Positions 60,649-64,000 of a stretch of 64,000 bases of DNA are shown here, piece after piece. A model generated the notes under the pieces. The model searched no databases and was not told the origin of the DNA. It saw nothing but the letters and a program-made list of their open reading frames with translations. The stretch's first letter is position 1, and each line of letters starts with the position of its first letter. The translations under genes were made by a program, and so were the position numbers. Source of the stretch: Cirrosporium novae-zelandiae (lineage: Eukaryota); the NCBI GenBank assembly GCA_026023565.1, contig JAPETS010000006.1, positions 372,001 through 436,000 on the forward strand, in the 5' to 3' direction.

Positions 60649-63210
60649 TCACGTTAGTATCACAAACTTCTGCTCTGCAATTCTATCAAAAGCATCCACA
60701 TTCACCCTCCCAATCCCCAGCCTTTGCGCCGTCATCACTCCATCATCATCACCATCCTCCCCCTTCCGTTCCACCAGTAGGACGTTGTAGAGACACCAAT
60801 ACTTCTTCCTGTCATACTTGGAAGAATCGAAATAGCGATCCCGTACACGTTTCTCCCTTCCCTCTTCTACAATTTTTAAGGGAGGTTCATCCCAGTCGGT
60901 ACTCTCATCACTATCATCATTATTATCATCATTTGCCGGCTGGGCTGGCGTGGTGCGGCAGTCTTGAAGTGAGTGCAGAAATTCTCGAGTGCTTTCCTGC
61001 CATGAGGTGTCAGCATCTGTCGTATAGAGTGTCGACTGTGACAGTGCGATGAACTCGTAGTTGCCGGGCAGTAGCGGTAGGAGACGGTTTACGGTGTTGC
61101 CGTCGACGAAGACCGTACCCGCTGTTATCCCATCTTCATCGAGCATGGCGAGATCGCACCGCACGTGCTTGCCCAGAGTTTCGCAGTCTGGACGATGTCC
61201 TTTCCATGCACTGTGGAGCCGGGAATGCTCTCCGTTGAGTGTGAAATAAGCTGAGCGTGCGTGGAATCTCAGCTGGCTTGTTTTTTGTGCATGCTGTAAG
61301 AATTCTTTGGCTTGATGGGGTTCGTCAATAATATCTAGTATCGGTCGACCGTATCGGATGTCTGGGCTGTGGGCTGCATCGATGTAATAAATGGCAGTGG
61401 TATCTTCGTCGTAGCATCGCCTCCAGGACTTCCACCCTGACCATGGTGCATCGAGTTTCCCCGGAAATGGTTGAAATTGGGTATCTTCATCGTTATTGAG
61501 CTCGTCATCGAAGTCAGTGGGTTTTAAATTGATCATCGAAGCTGTTGTCTCGCAGATATTAAGCAACTCTGGATATTCCACGGTGCCTTCCCAGCCGGCC
61601 CAACACCAACTAGGAAACAGAGCTTTACCAGATTTTGGATCGCGTCGTCTATTCAACAAACCTCGGGGTTTCCACAGCAATGCAATATCCAGAAACGTGG
61701 CTGGTAAGCCAAAGACAAAACAAGGAACTCTAAAAAGGGGTAGCAGTATCTGCGCAATACCCGAAAAGGCGCTCAAACCATCTCGAGGATCTGTCATACT
61801 CCGGGTTGTATATCGAGTCACAATGTTGGCATAAATATCGAAATTGGTCTCTTCGTCCAAGATCATAAATGAAACAGACGATGTACCTACAGCGGTAGCA
61901 ATTTCATTAAGCTTTGTAGACTCTTCAATTTCTTCCTGGGGCTGGTTTTCGGCAAAGGAGTCCTCTCGAAACTCGCAGCCCCTGGGACAGATAAACTGGG
62001 CTTGATTTGCGGTGAAGAAGAGCATGCGATTCGAAAGGGTTCTCTCCTGGTAAGTCCAAGCCCGTGAATTCCATTTCGATGACTCAATTACCTCCTTCCT
62101 TGGTAGGACACTAGCGAGCTTCAAACCATTGATCTCTTCGATATATTGGCCAGTCTCTCTGGACTTAGGGCGAACACCCGGCATTCCAGCTTCAGTATTC
62201 TCGCCCCATGCAGCCGCGATTGTCAAGATAGCTGAAGTATATATACGATCCATCATTCCTATCTGTATAGCTTTATCAGTATCGTCGTCCTGTATTATAC
62301 ACAGAGCGTCAACCCAAAGGTACTGTTCTCCAAGCATGTGGGTAAGAATTATTGCATCCTTGATAGTCTGCGAAGGGCCCTTGTCATCGTTTGAAAGGCT
62401 TCCATCAGTTTGCATACTGTTGATAGTGTTCTTTTTCAAAATTATGGGCTGTGCTTTTCCCCAAACGTAGCTTAGGGCCACATATCTAGTATTTAATCTA
62501 ATCCTCACGATACATCGACGTACCACATCAATAACCCTTATCTCAGGAACATCAGTAGATAATGCTTCGGCTACTTTTACCGAAACATTGGGGTGGTATT
62601 TCTCGCACATGTGTACCCATCTCTTAAGCAGAGTTGGATCTACTTGGCTAGAGATGGTGCGACCCCAATGGTAGTCAACAGCTCGAGATTCCGGACTCGA
62701 AGAAGTCGGAATAAGTAGTTGTATCCTGGGAGGAATATCTTCAGCGCTAGACACGTCAAACCCGGTGGCAAGATCTGGGCGCCTAAACCTTGTTTGAACC
62801 TCGAGAATATAAGTGGGAGGTCCATTTCTCGGCCCTCCTTCAGTTGACAATTCTTTTTTATCATTCGAAAGTATGCACTCAATCCTTTCACCATTAATTG
62901 TACCTTCCTGCCAGATCGAGGGGGGCAGATGGGTGTTCTTGTAATGCAGAATAAAAGCCTGCTTCACAAGCCGACAGAATGCACATCCAACCTCTCCGTT
63001 TCGCCAGATTTGGTCCAAGTACCCAAGGAAAATATGGGCAAACCAGTCCCCATCTCGTTTACCCTTCTGATGTTCAGAAAAACTGATTTTTTGGGGCCAG
63101 TTTTGTTGAACCAATATCAATGTCCGAAATATAAGTTGAAAATCAATTTGTCGACATAAGCGACACAGTTGATAACTTTTGACTCCGTCTACCAGCTTGA
63201 ACTCGGACAT
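60649..63210 (-). CDS. HET-domain protein (TOL-like), intact
   Basis: Intronless 853 aa. N-terminal CxxC pairs, IRVIDV, YVALSYVWG, TIKDAI, YLWVDALCIIQDD, QIGMMDRIY, WNSRAWTYQE, FPSWCWAGW, QRLGIG. Confidence 0.92.
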   Translation of the reverse strand: MSEFKLVDGVKSYQLCRLCRQIDFQLIFRTLILVQQNWPQKISFSEHQKGKRDGDWFAHIFLGYLDQIWRNGEVGCAFCRLVKQAFILHYKNTHLPPSIWQEGTINGERIECILSNDKKELSTEGGPRNGPPTYILEVQTRFRRPDLATGFDVSSAEDIPPRIQLLIPTSSSPESRAVDYHWGRTISSQVDPTLLKRWVHMCEKYHPNVSVKVAEALSTDVPEIRVIDVVRRCIVRIRLNTRYVALSYVWGKAQPIILKKNTINSMQTDGSLSNDDKGPSQTIKDAIILTHMLGEQYLWVDALCIIQDDDTDKAIQIGMMDRIYTSAILTIAAAWGENTEAGMPGVRPKSRETGQYIEEINGLKLASVLPRKEVIESSKWNSRAWTYQERTLSNRMLFFTANQAQFICPRGCEFREDSFAENQPQEEIEESTKLNEIATAVGTSSVSFMILDEETNFDIYANIVTRYTTRSMTDPRDGLSAFSGIAQILLPLFRVPCFVFGLPATFLDIALLWKPRGLLNRRRDPKSGKALFPSWCWAGWEGTVEYPELLNICETTASMINLKPTDFDDELNNDEDTQFQPFPGKLDAPWSGWKSWRRCYDEDTTAIYYIDAAHSPDIRYGRPILDIIDEPHQAKEFLQHAQKTSQLRFHARSAYFTLNGEHSRLHSAWKGHRPDCETLGKHVRCDLAMLDEDGITAGTVFVDGNTVNRLLPLLPGNYEFIALSQSTLYTTDADTSWQESTREFLHSLQDCRTTPAQPANDDNNDDSDESTDWDEPPLKIVEEGREKRVRDRYFDSSKYDRKKYWCLYNVLLVERKGEDGDDDGVMTAQRLGIGRVNVDAFDRIAEQKFVILT

Positions 63211-63820
63211 GGTTTAGCCTCCTATGCACTCTTAATATCATTAGAACAATCTGAGTGACATAAAAAAAAGCAAGGCCGAAAGTGATCTTGTTGTCTAGTG
63301 GAACCAAGGTGCACATTCACGCCCTATTGATCGAATTATCGTCTCTGATCGGGTATAGACACACCCACCACACCCACGCACCACATCACAACGCCTAATC
63401 ATCCCTGGGTGTATCTTGGCCATCCATCAATTTTCCTGACCAACCAATAATTACAAAGATCGAACTGTTGAAGGAAGCCACTTTGAAAGAACGATTAAGA
63501 CTAGCTGATCGGGATTCCATGTAGCTTCTTACTGGCGCTAGCCTACACCTGAATCCGACACAACTCGCCTTGCTGAATTGGAAGTAAAAGTCTAAACGTA
63601 TTAAAGAGGCGAATTGGCGCATTCGGAAACCTCATATGCTAATATTATACTGAAAACTAAATATTATTCGACTCTTATAATGGCTGTTCTGTGTTTCATA
63701 TCATGTACCGGACGTTGGTCCCTTTCACCAAATGTCGGCGGCTACTTCCAGCCCCGACCTCTCTTTTGCCAAGGACGACCAAATTTTGGTGAAATGACCA
63801 AACTCCCGGTCGTTGTCCAA

Positions 63821-63885
63821 CTCTAGGTCTCTAGATCTCTAGGTCTCTAGGTCTCTAGGTATCTAGGTATCTAGGTCTCTAGGTC
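63821..63885. repeat. Tandem 8-mer minisatellite (CTCTAGGT-like) x about 8
   Basis: ctctaggt ctctagat ctctaggt ctctaggt ctctaggt atctaggt atctaggt ctctaggt. Confidence 0.9.
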
Positions 63886-64000
63886 AGCCAGTTATGTTCA
63901 TCAAATTTCCAGACGCCCCTTCCGCAATACATTATGCATTGATTTCATGCTTCGGTGTGGAAATCCTTTTACTAACCCTTTTCAAGTCGGCCCTCGGGAA

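Noticed and set aside
63821..63885. Regular repeat considered as CRISPR-like or telomeric
   Set aside because: No spacers, eukaryotic context, and the unit is not TTAGGG; it is a simple minisatellite.

Overview
Eukaryotic, filamentous-ascomycete (Pezizomycotina-type) genomic DNA with short GT-AG introns and CTRAY branch points. About 22 intact protein-coding genes and one pseudogene can be reconstructed by hand-splicing. Housekeeping genes include RPL9, TSC10, SAS10, ERB1, a mitochondrial rhomboid, a MOB kinase activator, LEO1, a membrane-anchored glutaredoxin and a TMA17-like gene. They are interleaved with accessory genes: a DHA1 transporter, a salicylate-hydroxylase-like monooxygenase, two Zn2Cys6 factors, a secreted lipase, a sugar porter, a histidine phosphatase, an ABM-domain protein, and one intact and one broken HET-domain gene. 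The most striking element is a head-to-head pair: an aspartyl-tRNA synthetase fused to a DUF2156 aminoacyl-transferase domain (31540-34410) and an HSL-type alpha/beta hydrolase (28307-29326). This is the architecture of the tRNA-dependent sterol-aminoacylation system ErdS/ErdH, already characterised in Aspergillus. More speculative signals are an imperfect HDV-like ribozyme fold at 483-545, a patatin lipase lacking its catalytic Ser/Asp, clustered motifs in the ErdS/ErdH promoter, a CGG-N12-CCG palindrome upstream of the drug antiporter and a recurring intergenic TACCTAGGTA palindrome. No tRNA, rRNA, CRISPR array or intact transposon was found. All calls come from reading the sequence; no database search was run.
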